Positions 19,797-29,964 of a stretch of DNA of 64,000 bases are shown here, one piece after another. Location: assembly GCA_035063585.1 (NCBI GenBank), contig JAPSGB010000008.1, positions 128,001-192,000 of the forward strand. Direction: 5' to 3'. Source of the stretch: Polyangiaceae bacterium. GTDB taxonomy: Bacteria; Myxococcota_A; Polyangia; Polyangiales; Polyangiaceae. Both the position numbers and the translations under genes were made by a program. Positions within the stretch are counted from its first letter, which is position 1. Each line of letters begins with the position of its first letter. The notes under the pieces were generated by a model. That model did no database searches. It worked only from the letters and a program-made list of their open reading frames with translations, and was not told the DNA's origin.

Positions 19797-20830
19797 CGCG
19801 CGCTCACCGCCTGGATGGCGTCGGCCAGCCGCTCGGCGCCCGCGCGGACCTCGTCGAGCGAGACGTCGAGGTGGGTCACCGCGCGGAGCGCGCGGGGCGC
19901 AATCGAGCTCACCAGGACCCCGCGCTCGCGCGCCGCCTCGATGACGGCGCTGGCGCTCGCGGTCTCGAGCACGACGTTCACGATGTTGGTCTCGACCGCC
20001 GCCTCGTCGACCCGCGCGCCGGCCGCGCTCGCGACGACGCTGGCGAAGTCGCGGGCCGCGCGGTGGTCGTCGGTCAGCCGCTCACGATGGTGGGTGAGCG
20101 CGTGGAGCGCGCCGGCGGCGAGGATACCCGCCTGGCGCATCCCGCCGCCCAGCATCTTGCGTAGCCGGCGCGCTTCGAGGATGAGCGGCGCGGGCCCAGC
20201 GAGCGCCGAGCCGACCGGCGCGCCGAGCCCCTTCGAGAAGCACACGTTCACCGTGTCGAACGGTCGGGCGAGCTCGGCCGGCTCGAGCCCGGTCGCGGCG
20301 GCCGCGTTCCACAGCCGCGCGCCGTCGAGGTGGAGCAAGAGCCCGCGCCGGCGCGCGGCGTCCGCGACCTCGCGCACCTGGACCTGCGGGAAGATCCGCC
20401 CCCCGGCCCGGTTGTGGGTGTTCTCGAGCATCACCAGGCGGCTCCGCGGCAGGTAGTACGCCTCCGGCCGAATCGCCGCCTCGAGCGCTTCCGCGCCGAA
20501 CAGACCCCCGCTCCCGGCCACCGCGAACTGGACGCCGCCGAGCGCTGCGCCCGCGCCCGACTCGAAATTGGCCGAGTGCGCGCCCTCGCCGACGATGACC
20601 TCGTCGCCCGGTCGCGTATGTAGGAGGATGGCGAGCTGGTTCCCCATGGTCCCGGACGACACGAAGAGCGCGCGCTCCATGCCGAGCAGCGCGGCGACGC
20701 GCTCCTCGAGCTGCCGGACGGTGGGATCCTCGCCGTAGACGTCGTCGCCGACCTCCGCGCTTGCCATCGCCTCCCGCATGGCGCGCGTCGGCCGGGTGAC
20801 GGTGTCGGAGCGGAGATCGATCGGGGTCAC
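19793..20830 (-). CDS. ltaE: Low-specificity L-threonine aldolase
   Basis: [51 protein letters not shown]. Confidence 0.95.
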   Translation of the reverse strand: MTPIDLRSDTVTRPTRAMREAMASAEVGDDVYGEDPTVRQLEERVAALLGMERALFVSSGTMGNQLAILLHTRPGDEVIVGEGAHSANFESGAGAALGGVQFAVAGSGGLFGAEALEAAIRPEAYYLPRSRLVMLENTHNRAGGRIFPQVQVREVADAARRRGLLLHLDGARLWNAAAATGLEPAELARPFDTVNVCFSKGLGAPVGSALAGPAPLILEARRLRKMLGGGMRQAGILAAGALHALTHHRERLTDDHRAARDFASVVASAAGARVDEAAVETNIVNVVLETASASAVIEAARERGVLVSSIAPRALRAVTHLDVSLDEVRAGAERLADAIQAVSAR

Positions 20831-21381
20831 GGGTGGCTCGGCCGTTTATACTCCGAGCGCGCGGAGAGCGCCGCGACGAAGAGCTCGTAGGCCACGACCT
20901 GCACCGCTTGCGCGAGGTTCACGCTCGGCTGATCTGCGGCCATCGGCACCCGGAGCCGCTCGTGACAGAGCGCGAGCTCGGCCTGGGAGAGCCCGGTCTT
21001 CTCGTTACCGAACACGAACGCGAGCTCCTGGCCGCGCTCCGCGCTCGCGATCGCGGAGACGGCGACCTCGCGGGGGCTGAGCACGCCCGACACGCCGCGG
21101 CGGGAGGTCGTCGCGTACGCCAGGTCGACGCCGTCGAGCGCCTCGGCCAGGTCGTCGCAGACCGGCGCGGCCTCGAGCACGTCTCGCGATTTTACCGCCA
21201 TCTTGAGCGCCATCTCGTGCGACGGGTGCGCGAGCCGCCCGGGCCGCACGAGCACGAGTCGCCCGAACCCCATGGTCTTCAGAGCCCGCGCCGCCGCGCC
21301 CACGTTCTCCGGATAGTGCGGTCGCGCGAGCACGAAGCGCGTGACACCGTGGACGGGCAGCGAGAGCGGAGCTTTGGCCAT
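20827..21381 (-). CDS. SPOUT tRNA/rRNA methyltransferase, TrmJ/LasT-like
   Basis: [39 protein letters not shown]. Confidence 0.9.
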   Translation of the reverse strand: MAKAPLSLPVHGVTRFVLARPHYPENVGAAARALKTMGFGRLVLVRPGRLAHPSHEMALKMAVKSRDVLEAAPVCDDLAEALDGVDLAYATTSRRGVSGVLSPREVAVSAIASAERGQELAFVFGNEKTGLSQAELALCHERLRVPMAADQPSVNLAQAVQVVAYELFVAALSARSEYKRPSHP

Positions 21382-21402
21382 GCGGGTGAGCGGGAGGGGT
21401 CT

Positions 21403-22338
21403 TCACGGCGCGGCCGGCGACCGGCGCGACGCGGAGCGCGCGCAGCGGAAGCCGATGGTCGGGCGCCGGAGGCTCGGATCGACGGCGCCGCGCGCGGCTC
21501 CACGGAGCCACGGTACCCCGCTCTCGTAGCTGCCTCCGCGCACCACCCGCTCTCCGCCGCCGCCGGTCGCGGCGCTCGGGCCGCCCGGATCGGTCGCTGG
21601 CTCGGGCGGGTAGGGGCTCGCGTAGCGGTCCTCGACCCACTCGGCCACGTTACCCGCGAGATCGAGGAAGCCCTCCGGCGTCTTTCCGGCCGGGAAGGAG
21701 CCCACCGGCGCGAGCTCCGCGAAGCCGTCGCGCAGGTCGGTCGGAGCCCAGCCGAGCCTGCCATGGTTCGAGACGCGGGAGTTGTAGATGTTTCCCCATG
21801 GAAAACGCCGTCCCTCGACGCCGCGCGCGGCGCGCTCCCACTCCGCCTCGGTCGGCAGTCGGGCGCCGCGGAAGCGGCAGTACGCCCGGGCGTCGTCCCA
21901 GCTCACGAAGGTGACCGGGTAGTCTTCGCGCGCGAACCTCAGCTTGCCTGCTGCGTAGTCGATCGCGCGGCAACGCCCGAGCTTCACGCAGCGAGCGTAG
22001 TCGCGGACGGTGACCTCGGTCCGGTCGAGCCAGTACGCCGACAGGAGAACCGGGTGGGCCGACATTTCATCGGAGAAGAGCAACTGACTACAGCGCAGGT
22101 GATCGCCGAGCGGCTCGCGCGTGCAGTCGAGCACCGCTCCCAGCACCTCGAGGGGCGTCGAGCCCATGACGAAGCGCGAGGCCGGCACGCGAACCATCTC
22201 CGAGCCTGGCGCGCGAAGGTAGACGAGCCCTCCGGTGAGCGCGCGCTCGAGGGGCGCGGGTGCCGGCTGCCAGGAGTCGAAGCGCGCGGGCGGGCCACCC
22301 GCCCGCGCCTCGACTCCCGGGACCACCGCGAGGAGCAC
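21403..22338 (-). CDS. FGE-sulfatase (SUMF1) domain protein, start uncertain
   Basis: FVMGS, EVTVRDY, PVTFVSWDDARAYC, RLPTEAEWERAARG, DLAGNVAEWV, RGGSY, IGFRCA. Confidence 0.9.
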   Translation of the reverse strand: MLLAVVPGVEARAGGPPARFDSWQPAPAPLERALTGGLVYLRAPGSEMVRVPASRFVMGSTPLEVLGAVLDCTREPLGDHLRCSQLLFSDEMSAHPVLLSAYWLDRTEVTVRDYARCVKLGRCRAIDYAAGKLRFAREDYPVTFVSWDDARAYCRFRGARLPTEAEWERAARGVEGRRFPWGNIYNSRVSNHGRLGWAPTDLRDGFAELAPVGSFPAGKTPEGFLDLAGNVAEWVEDRYASPYPPEPATDPGGPSAATGGGGERVVRGGSYESGVPWLRGAARGAVDPSLRRPTIGFRCARSASRRSPAAP

Positions 22339-22422
22339 CGCGAGCGCCGCGCCGCCCGTGAAGGTGGCGGCGCGGTTCGAGGAGCCTCGCGTGGTCGAAC
22401 GGGTCGTGAGACTACCGATCCG

Positions 22423-23145
22423 TCACTGGCACTGCGTGCCGCAGGTCCCCTGCACGCACTGTCCGATGGCGTTGTAGGCGTCCACGGTGGCCTGCGCGGT
22501 CACGCACTGGCCGCAGTTCTGCTGCACGCAGGTGTTGAACTGATCCTGATCGGTGATCGAGGCGCAGTTCTGGTTGACGCAAGCGAACAGACCGCCGCAC
22601 TCGGTCGAGCCGAGACACGCATCGATCTGGGTGCAACAGCTCGAATGTATGCACTGGTCGCACGTTTCCTTGCCGGTGCCGACCGCGGAGCACGGCTGAC
22701 CCGCGAGCGGGTTGGTGCAGGTGCCGCCGCTCGCGCCGCCGGTGCCCGGCGCGCCGCCGGTGCCCGGCGCGCCGCCGGTGCCCGAGGCGCCGCACTGGGT
22801 CGCGCAGGTGCTCGCGTCGCCGCCCTGGCAGGTGCACTGCTCATAGCAGGTGGCGCAGCCGGTACAGTTCGGCGCCTGCGTGCAGCTGCCCGCATTCGAC
22901 CCTCCGGTGCCCGACTGCGACGCGCAGTAGGTGGCGCACTGGGTCGCGTCCCCGCCCGCGCACTGGCACTGATCGTTGCAGGTGCCGCACTGGCTGCAGT
23001 CCGCGTTGATCGTGCAGCCCGGGGTGCCGAGCGTCGCCCCATTGCCGCCCTTGTTACCGCTGGTGGACGCGCAAGCGGCGATGAACGACGCAGTCGCGAG
23101 CGCCGCGACGACGAACAGAGAACCCACTCCAAGACGATTGGTCAT
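22423..23145 (-). CDS. Cysteine-rich lipoprotein
   Basis: RBS GAGGAG; lipobox IAAC; 33 Cys; GTGGAP linker repeats typical of myxobacterial surface proteins. Confidence 0.85.
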   Translation of the reverse strand: MTNRLGVGSLFVVAALATASFIAACASTSGNKGGNGATLGTPGCTINADCSQCGTCNDQCQCAGGDATQCATYCASQSGTGGSNAGSCTQAPNCTGCATCYEQCTCQGGDASTCATQCGASGTGGAPGTGGAPGTGGASGGTCTNPLAGQPCSAVGTGKETCDQCIHSSCCTQIDACLGSTECGGLFACVNQNCASITDQDQFNTCVQQNCGQCVTAQATVDAYNAIGQCVQGTCGTQCQ

Positions 23146-23586
23146 GAACCCTACTCCTCTGATTGATCCCGACGTCGAGCCGCGCGTTTAGAGGAATGAC
23201 GGCTCGCGCGGTCGGGGCGCGGAGCCGCTCGGTGGATAGTGACGGGCGGCGGAGCGTCTCCGACACCCGCTGGAGCTCCCGTCATGAGCTCGTGGAAAGA
23301 GCGTCCCGTCACGGGTCACCACCCGTGCTGCCGGAGGTCGAGCCGAGGCTCGCGTCAGACCCCTCGTCAGCCTCGCTCCAGCCGCGCGCAGCGTGAACCG
23401 CCGCGGGGCTCGCGACCGACGAGAAGAGTGACTGGAGCTTCATTTCGGGTCTTCGCACGTCTGCTCGCGAGCGCCGCGAGCGCGAGGCGCGCGGCGGCGT
23501 GCATCGTATGAGGCCCACCGTCTACTTTCACGCGAGCGCGTGGTCAAGCGAGCGAGTCGCCCGTCCTAGCCGCTCGGTTCGCTCGG

Positions 23587-24870
23587 TCAGCGCAGAATTC
23601 CAGCGTCGCTTTCGTTCTCTGCCCGAGATGGAAGCAGCGAACCGGCGGAGGCCTCCGCGCCCGCTTCGGAAGCTGCGCCCGCATCGCTCGACCCGTCGGG
23701 TTCGCCGTCGTCGCTCCCCCGGCCACTCGTCGGCGGCGCTGCTGAAACGTGGCGCGGTCGGCGCGGTGGCGGGGGAGCGGCGCGGGAGGGGTGCGGGGCG
23801 CTCGAGCCGGATGACGAGGTCTCGCTCTCGCTCGGGGCCTGGGCGTCGAGTCGCTCCAGGCGCTCCTGAAGCCGGAGCCCTGCGAACACGAGCAGCGCAC
23901 CGACCCCCGCGCCGACGATGGCGAAGCCGAGCCCGCGACGCTCGCCCCCGTGGCGCAGCTCGGACTCGCGCTCCTCGCGGCGCTGGTCGGGCAGGGTCGG
24001 GAGCCTGGCGCGAGGCGCTACCTCGAGCGCCTCTGCGAGCGCACGGCCAAACTCCTCGCAGCTCGCGAAACGCGCGCGCGGGTTCTTCGAGAGCGCGCGC
24101 GCAAACACCGTGTCCACGTGTTCGTCCAGGCCGCAGAGCGCGGCGATGCGTGGTGGCTCGTCGGTAGTGACCCGCGTGGCGACCGCGATCGCGTCGTCAC
24201 CGGGGAAGGCGCGCCGGCCGGAGAGCGCCTCCCAGAGCGTCGCGGCCATCGAGAACTGGTCGCTGAGGGGCGAGAAATTGCCGCCGGTGACGGACTCGGG
24301 GGCGCTATACGCCGGCGTGCCGAGCAGCCCGCCGTCGCGGGTGAGCGTGGAGTCCGGGACGCGCGCGATGCCAAAGTCAGCGATTTTTGCCCCGGTGCTC
24401 GCGAGGATCACGTTCTCGGGCTTGATGTCGCGGTGGAGCACCCCCGCCCCGTGGGCGGTGGTGAGCGCGCCGCCAATCTCTCGGGCGAACCGCGCGGCGA
24501 GCTCCGCGCCCAGGTGGCCGCCGAGGAGGCGCTCCTTCAGGGTTGGCCCCTCGACGTACTCGAACACCAAGAACAGCCCGAGCTCCCCGTCCTCGCCCAT
24601 GTCGTGGAGCGCGACCAGGTTCGGATGGCTCACGCGCGCCGCGGCGCGCGCCTCGTGCCGCATCCGGTCGATGAGCGCCTGGCGTTGCTCAGGAGGGATC
24701 GCGAGGTCGTCACGGAGCAGCTTCACCGCGACGTCGCGGTCGAGGACGGGATCATGGGCGAGCAGGACGCGGCCCATCGCGCCCTGCCCGAGCCGGCGCA
24801 CGACACGATATCGGCCGATGGCCTCGGGAAGGGCGCGCTCCTTGGGGGTCATCTCGGAGGGGAGCCCCAT
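23587..24870 (-). CDS. Hanks-type Ser/Thr protein kinase with TM helix
   Basis: LGQGAMGRV, VAVKLL, HRDIKPENV, ADFGIA, GTPAYSAPE. Confidence 0.93.
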   Translation of the reverse strand: MGLPSEMTPKERALPEAIGRYRVVRRLGQGAMGRVLLAHDPVLDRDVAVKLLRDDLAIPPEQRQALIDRMRHEARAAARVSHPNLVALHDMGEDGELGLFLVFEYVEGPTLKERLLGGHLGAELAARFAREIGGALTTAHGAGVLHRDIKPENVILASTGAKIADFGIARVPDSTLTRDGGLLGTPAYSAPESVTGGNFSPLSDQFSMAATLWEALSGRRAFPGDDAIAVATRVTTDEPPRIAALCGLDEHVDTVFARALSKNPRARFASCEEFGRALAEALEVAPRARLPTLPDQRREERESELRHGGERRGLGFAIVGAGVGALLVFAGLRLQERLERLDAQAPSESETSSSGSSAPHPSRAAPPPPRRPRHVSAAPPTSGRGSDDGEPDGSSDAGAASEAGAEASAGSLLPSRAENESDAGILR

Positions 24871-24969
24871 CTCTATCGCCTCGATCGGAGCGTGCCAACC
24901 CGGACCCGAGCGAGCTGCAACGAATTTACCGGATCGCGCCCCCGCAGGGCGAGCCCCCGTCGCTCGCGG

Positions 24970-25410
24970 TCAGTCGGTCCCCGCGTCAGACGGCGGGGCC
25001 GGAGCGGGCTTGGGAGTCGCGGGGCGCTTGGCGGGCGGCGCCCCGTACTCGTCTCTGAGCTTTCTCAGGAGCCCATCGCGCAGCACGACCTCATGATACT
25101 CGGGCATCTTCGGGAGCTGCACGTACACCTTCACGGTGTCCTTCACCTGGACGATTTCGAATGCGCCTTCGGTGGCCGTCTTCCGCCCGGGCTGCGCGTA
25201 CTTGAAGAGGAGGTAACCCGCGTCGGCGTCCTTCTCGACGACCTCGTAGCCGAGGTCCACGCGGACGTAGCGGAGCGCCGCGTTGAAAGTTTGAGCGCGA
25301 GAATAGGGCGAGTCTCCTTCGACTCGCGCCTCGGCGGCGCGCGCGCCGAAGAGGGCCCCCGCGGCGAGGGCGAGCACCCCGGCGGCGAGCGCGATTCGAA
25401 GCCGTCGCAT
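24970..25410 (-). CDS. Secreted hypothetical protein
   Basis: Signal peptide ending AAEA; compact alpha/beta domain; Pro-rich tail. Confidence 0.7.
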   Translation of the reverse strand: MRRLRIALAAGVLALAAGALFGARAAEARVEGDSPYSRAQTFNAALRYVRVDLGYEVVEKDADAGYLLFKYAQPGRKTATEGAFEIVQVKDTVKVYVQLPKMPEYHEVVLRDGLLRKLRDEYGAPPAKRPATPKPAPAPPSDAGTD

Positions 25411-25461
25411 GGCGGGAAGGTGGCGCGCGCGCGCGCGGCCGGGCAAGTTATTGGGGCCCGC

Positions 25462-26598
25462 TCAGCCGGCGCCGCCCTCCGGAGCGCCCGGAGCGAGCCT
25501 CGAACGGGTAGCGGCGAGCGCGCCGGAGACGCTCTCGCGCTCGACGAGCAGGGCCGCGGCCCCGAACCCGAGCGAGATCGCGACCTGCACCAGATAGACG
25601 ATGAACACGAACGCCGCGCCGGGCCCGGTGACCAACGTGGGCTCGAAGTACATCGCGAAGCCTGCGTAGACCGAGATCTGGAAGGCGCCGAAGAACCCCG
25701 GCGCGTTCGGCAGGAGGATGCCGAGCGCGAGCACCCCCACGCACGCCGCTGCCTGCCAGAACGACATGGTGTCGAAGCCGCAGGCCCAGGCTAGAAACCA
25801 GGTCGCGGCCGCGTTCGACAGCCAGTACGCGAGGGTGAGCCCGACGAAGGGGATGGCATATCGGAGCCGCGGCAGGAAGCCGAGCCCGTCGGCCACCTGT
25901 TCGACGCGATCGGCGAGCCAGCGCGCGAGCCGCTCGGAGACGAGCCCGACGACGCGCTCGGACACGCGCCGAGCCCATGCTCGCCGCCAGTAGAAGAGCG
26001 CCATCACGAGGAAGGCCGCGGCGAAGACCGCGAGCGCGGTGTACGCGGCGCCGGGCACGACCGCGACCGGCACCGGGAGCTCTCCGATGCGGTCGGGCAG
26101 CGGATCGAGCGGTCGCGCGAGCCGAAGCGCGATGAAGAGCAGCACGCTGAGGCAGAGCCCGTCGATGACGCGCTCGGCGGCGACCGTGCCGGTCGCCACC
26201 CACGCGGACAGGTGGCCGCGGCGGCGGATGAGGACCGGGCGGACGACCTCGCCGGTGCGAAACGGTAGGAGCACGATGGCGGCGAAGCCGATCAGCGCCA
26301 CCCGGGTGACCCGGCCGAGTGGGACCGGTCGTACGGGCGCGATGAGGAGCCACCAACGTCCGGCGCGCACCACGTGGATCACGCACCAGAGCCCGAAGTA
26401 CACGGCGACGGCCCACCAGCGGACGCGCGCGAACGCGCTCGCCGGCGGGACCAGCGGCAGCGCCCCTGCATGCAAGAGCCAGGCGAAACCGCCGGCGATG
26501 GCGAGCGACGCCACGAGCTCGACCCGTCGGCGGCGGAGCCAGCTTCCGCGCTCGCGCGGCGCGGTGTCCTCGTTCGGGGCGGGGGCCGGTGCGCTCAT
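25462..26598 (-). CDS. Lysylphosphatidylglycerol synthase TM / flippase-like (UPF0104) membrane protein
   Basis: RAGRWWLL, LPFRTGEVVRP, AAERVIDGL, LPNAPGFFGAFQ. ATGA overlap with the upstream phosphatase. Confidence 0.85.
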   Translation of the reverse strand: MSAPAPAPNEDTAPRERGSWLRRRRVELVASLAIAGGFAWLLHAGALPLVPPASAFARVRWWAVAVYFGLWCVIHVVRAGRWWLLIAPVRPVPLGRVTRVALIGFAAIVLLPFRTGEVVRPVLIRRRGHLSAWVATGTVAAERVIDGLCLSVLLFIALRLARPLDPLPDRIGELPVPVAVVPGAAYTALAVFAAAFLVMALFYWRRAWARRVSERVVGLVSERLARWLADRVEQVADGLGFLPRLRYAIPFVGLTLAYWLSNAAATWFLAWACGFDTMSFWQAAACVGVLALGILLPNAPGFFGAFQISVYAGFAMYFEPTLVTGPGAAFVFIVYLVQVAISLGFGAAALLVERESVSGALAATRSRLAPGAPEGGAG

Positions 26599-27320
26599 CG
26601 AGGCGCTCGCCCTGCGAGCATCTCGCGCGGTCCCGTTCGAAACAGGAAATCGAGCTCTTCCGGGCCATAGCGCTTCTCGATGTAGCGCAGCCCCTCGGCG
26701 ACCTGCGCCACGTCGCTCGGTCGGTGCGCGTCGCTGCAGGCGGCGTGGTAGAGGCCGCGCTCGAGGAGCTCCTCGGCCGCGCGGCGGGGTCGGCGCCCGT
26801 ATTTCCCGGCGAACGCAGCGGCGTCGAGGAGCGCCGTGGCGCCCTGGTCGATGAGCCGCTCGAGCGCCCCGGGGTCGCGCCAAACCACCTGATATCGCTC
26901 CGGGTGCGCGATGACCGGTAGGAGTCCGCGGCGCCGCAAGTCGAGCAGTCGATGCTCGAGCATCGCAGGGAAGCCGAGCTCGTAGAACTCGAGCAGGACC
27001 GCGTGGTCACCGGGGTAGGGGAGCCCCTCACCCGACATCAGCCGAGCGAAGACGACGTCGTCGAAGTAGTGCTCGCTCGACAGCGCGACCTCGGGCACCG
27101 CCTCGGCGCGCGCGACGTCGGCTCGAGTGCGCTCGAAGGCGGCGACCAGGTCGTGTCGCTCATTGTCGAACATCCCGGGCCGCATGTGGGGAGTCGCCAC
27201 CACCGTGTCGAAGCCGAGCGCGTGAAGCGCGCGCAGCATCTCGAGCCCTTCGTCGATGGAGCGGGCGCCGTCGTCGATGCCGGGGACCCAGTGACAGTGG
27301 AGATCGACCATCCCGCGCAT
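26595..27320 (-). CDS. CpsB/CapC-type PHP protein-tyrosine phosphatase
   Basis: DLHCHWVPGIDDG, ATPH, IAHPERY, CSDAH. Confidence 0.9.
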   Translation of the reverse strand: MRGMVDLHCHWVPGIDDGARSIDEGLEMLRALHALGFDTVVATPHMRPGMFDNERHDLVAAFERTRADVARAEAVPEVALSSEHYFDDVVFARLMSGEGLPYPGDHAVLLEFYELGFPAMLEHRLLDLRRRGLLPVIAHPERYQVVWRDPGALERLIDQGATALLDAAAFAGKYGRRPRRAAEELLERGLYHAACSDAHRPSDVAQVAEGLRYIEKRYGPEELDFLFRTGPREMLAGRAPR

Positions 27321-27461
27321 CGCGCGCCTTCTATAGCGCGCAAAGCGCCGGTCACGCACGCTCGCTGTCGGCGAGCGTGACCGCTCCGGAGCCACGGCTG
27401 CGAATTGGCTCCGAGAGCGGCTCGCGCCGTGCTATGCGGGCGGGCGTTTCGGCTGCCATCG

Positions 27462-28622
27462 ATGTCTCCCGCGTCGCTGCTTTCACTCATCGAGTCCCGT
27501 CGCGTCATCCTCTGCGTCGGCAGCGGCGGCGTGGGAAAGACCACGGTGAGCGCCGCGATCGGGCTCGCCGCCGCCCGGCGCGGCAAGAACGTGCTCTGCC
27601 TCACCATCGATCCGGCCCGCCGCCTCGCCAACAGCCTCGGGCTGAAGCGCATGACCGCCGAGGCCCAGCGCGTGGAGCCGGAGCGCTTCCGCCAAGCGGG
27701 GCTCGAGGTCTCGGGCAGCCTCACCGTGATGATGCTCGACACCAAGCGGACCTTCGACGACCTCGTCATCCGTCATGCGTCGAGCCCCGAGGCGCGCGAC
27801 CGCATCCTCGACAATCGCCTCTATCAATACGTCTCGACCAGCCTCGCCGGAACCCAGGAGTACATGGCGATGGAGAAGCTCCTCGCCGTGAAGGAGGACT
27901 CGAGCTACGACCTCATCGTCCTCGACACGCCGCCGACCAGCAACGCGCTCGACTTCCTCGACGCTCCCGAGCGGCTGATCCAGGCGCTCGACAGCGTCGC
28001 GATGCGCTGGTTCATCCAAGCCTTCGAGTCGAGCCGGCGGTTCAGCCTGAACCTCGTCGCGAAGAGCGTCGCGGTGGTGCTGAAGGGGATCGGGCGCCTC
28101 ACCGGCGGCGGGTTCCTCGAGCAGATGGCGGAGTTCATCACCGAGCTAAATGACCTCTTTGGAGGCTTCAAGGAGCGCGCGACCGCGGTGTCCAAGGCGT
28201 TCCGCGGCCCGGACTTCGGCTATGTGCTGGTCACGACTCCGGCTCCGCTCGCGATCCGCGAGGTCCTATTCTTCGCCGAGCGGCTCGTCTCCCAAGGGAT
28301 GCGCCGCGACGCCTTCGTGGTCAACCGCGTGCACCGCAAGCCGCGCTTCGCGCCGACCTCTGCCGAGATCTCCGCGTCGCTCGCGCGCCACCACGTCGAC
28401 CTCGGGGAGAGCGGCGCCGCGCGGCTCTCGCGCGCGGTGACCGATGAGCTCGAGATGGCAGAGGCGGACGCCGAGCGACTCGGAGAGCTCGCCGCCGCGC
28501 TGCGCGGTTCCGCGCCGGGCCAACCCACTCCCGTCCGGATCGACATCCCGGCGTTGCCGAGCGACGTGCACGATCTGGGGACGCTCGGCGGCGTCGCGTC
28601 GCTGCTCTGCCCGAGCGGCTGA
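27462..28622 (+). CDS. ArsA/Get3-family single-domain ATPase
   Basis: GSGGVGKTT, TIDPARRLA, LDTPPT. Confidence 0.9.
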   Translation: MSPASLLSLIESRRVILCVGSGGVGKTTVSAAIGLAAARRGKNVLCLTIDPARRLANSLGLKRMTAEAQRVEPERFRQAGLEVSGSLTVMMLDTKRTFDDLVIRHASSPEARDRILDNRLYQYVSTSLAGTQEYMAMEKLLAVKEDSSYDLIVLDTPPTSNALDFLDAPERLIQALDSVAMRWFIQAFESSRRFSLNLVAKSVAVVLKGIGRLTGGGFLEQMAEFITELNDLFGGFKERATAVSKAFRGPDFGYVLVTTPAPLAIREVLFFAERLVSQGMRRDAFVVNRVHRKPRFAPTSAEISASLARHHVDLGESGAARLSRAVTDELEMAEADAERLGELAAALRGSAPGQPTPVRIDIPALPSDVHDLGTLGGVASLLCPSG

Positions 28623-28631
28623 GCGTGCGGG

Positions 28632-29960
28632 TCAGCCGGGCTCTCGGCGGCTCTTCCGGCGGTAGCGCACCATGACCGGCACCGATTCGAAGCCGAAGGC
28701 CTTGCGGAGCTGCCCGACCACGAAGCGCTTGTAGCTGTCCTTGATGGACTCGGGCGCGTTGCTCATGGCGACGAACACGGGCGGTGAGGTCTCGGCTTGG
28801 GTGACGTAATAGATGCGCGGCGCGCGGCCGCCATGGGTCGGGGGCGGGTGGGTCGAGAGCACCTGCTCGAAGAAGCGGTTCAGCTCTCCGGTCGGGACGC
28901 GACGGCGATACTCCTCCGCGGCGCGCCACGCGGTCTGCATCAGGTCGTCGATGCCTTCGCCGGTCTTCGCGCTGGTTCGCACGATGGGCGCCCAGCGCGC
29001 GAAGCGGAGCTCGTCCCGGGCCCGCTCCTCGGCGGCGTCGCGCTCCTTGCGGGTTCGGAGTAGGTCGACCTTGTTCAGCCCGACCACGATGGCGCGTCCG
29101 CGCTCGGCGCACAGCGTGAGCAGCCGCGCGTCCTGCTCGGCGACGCCCTCGGCGGCGTCGCACATGAGGATGACCACGTCGGCGCGGCCGACGGCCTTGA
29201 TCGAGCGCATCACGCTCTCCGCCTCGACGCCGCGGTCCACCCGCGACTTTCGCCGGATCCCCGCGGTATCGACGATGGTGAAGGCGTGGCCACCGTGCTC
29301 GACGCGTTGGTCGATGGCGTCGCGAGTGGTGCCGGGGCGGTGATCGACCAGCGAGCGGGCGCTCCCGGCGAGCCAGTTGAAGAGCGACGACTTGCCGGCG
29401 TTCGGACGACCGACCAGCGCGACGCGCGGCGGCGCGTCGTCGCTCGGCGGCTCGATGGCCTCTTCCGGCGGGACCACCTTCGCGAGCGCCGCTTCGAGCT
29501 CGGCGAGGCCGCGGCCGTGGAGCGCCGAGATGGGCACCACGCGCTCGACGCCCAGGGCGTAGAGCTCGTTCGACTCGAGCTCGGCGCGCGGGTTGTCCGC
29601 CTTGTTGGCGACGTAGACCACCGGCTTCTCGCTCCGGCGCAGCAGCCCGACCGTCTCGCGGTCCGCCGCGGTCGGGGCGAGGGTGGCGTCGAGCACGCAG
29701 AGCACCACGTCGGCCTCGCGGATCGCGAGCTCGACCTGTCGCGCGATGCCCTGCTGCATCGGGTCGTCCGAGTCCGGATCGAAGCCGCCCGTGTCGACCA
29801 GCACCAGATCTCTCCCGAAGAGGTGGGTGTCGGCGTAGTGCCGGTCGCGCGTGACGCCGGGCGCGTCATGCACGATGGCGAGACCCTTGCCGGCGAGGCG
29901 ATTGAAGAGCGTGCTCTTGCCCACGTTGGGCCGGCCGACGATGGCGATGAGGGGAGGCAT
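28632..29960 (-). CDS. der: Ribosome biogenesis GTPase Der
   Basis: Two G domains: GRPNVGKS/DTGG/NKAD and GRPNAGKS/DTAG/NKVD. Confidence 0.96.
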   Translation of the reverse strand: MPPLIAIVGRPNVGKSTLFNRLAGKGLAIVHDAPGVTRDRHYADTHLFGRDLVLVDTGGFDPDSDDPMQQGIARQVELAIREADVVLCVLDATLAPTAADRETVGLLRRSEKPVVYVANKADNPRAELESNELYALGVERVVPISALHGRGLAELEAALAKVVPPEEAIEPPSDDAPPRVALVGRPNAGKSSLFNWLAGSARSLVDHRPGTTRDAIDQRVEHGGHAFTIVDTAGIRRKSRVDRGVEAESVMRSIKAVGRADVVILMCDAAEGVAEQDARLLTLCAERGRAIVVGLNKVDLLRTRKERDAAEERARDELRFARWAPIVRTSAKTGEGIDDLMQTAWRAAEEYRRRVPTGELNRFFEQVLSTHPPPTHGGRAPRIYYVTQAETSPPVFVAMSNAPESIKDSYKRFVVGQLRKAFGFESVPVMVRYRRKSRREPG

Positions 29961-29964
29961 TCGG

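Noticed and set aside
21403..22338. FGE/CLec-fold gene as a DGR target or a true formylglycine-generating enzyme
   Set aside because: No reverse transcriptase or template repeat seen; the catalytic Cys pair after RGGS is absent.
22423..22425. Selenocysteine recoding of the in-frame TGA
   Set aside because: No convincing SECIS-like hairpin and no redox motif context.
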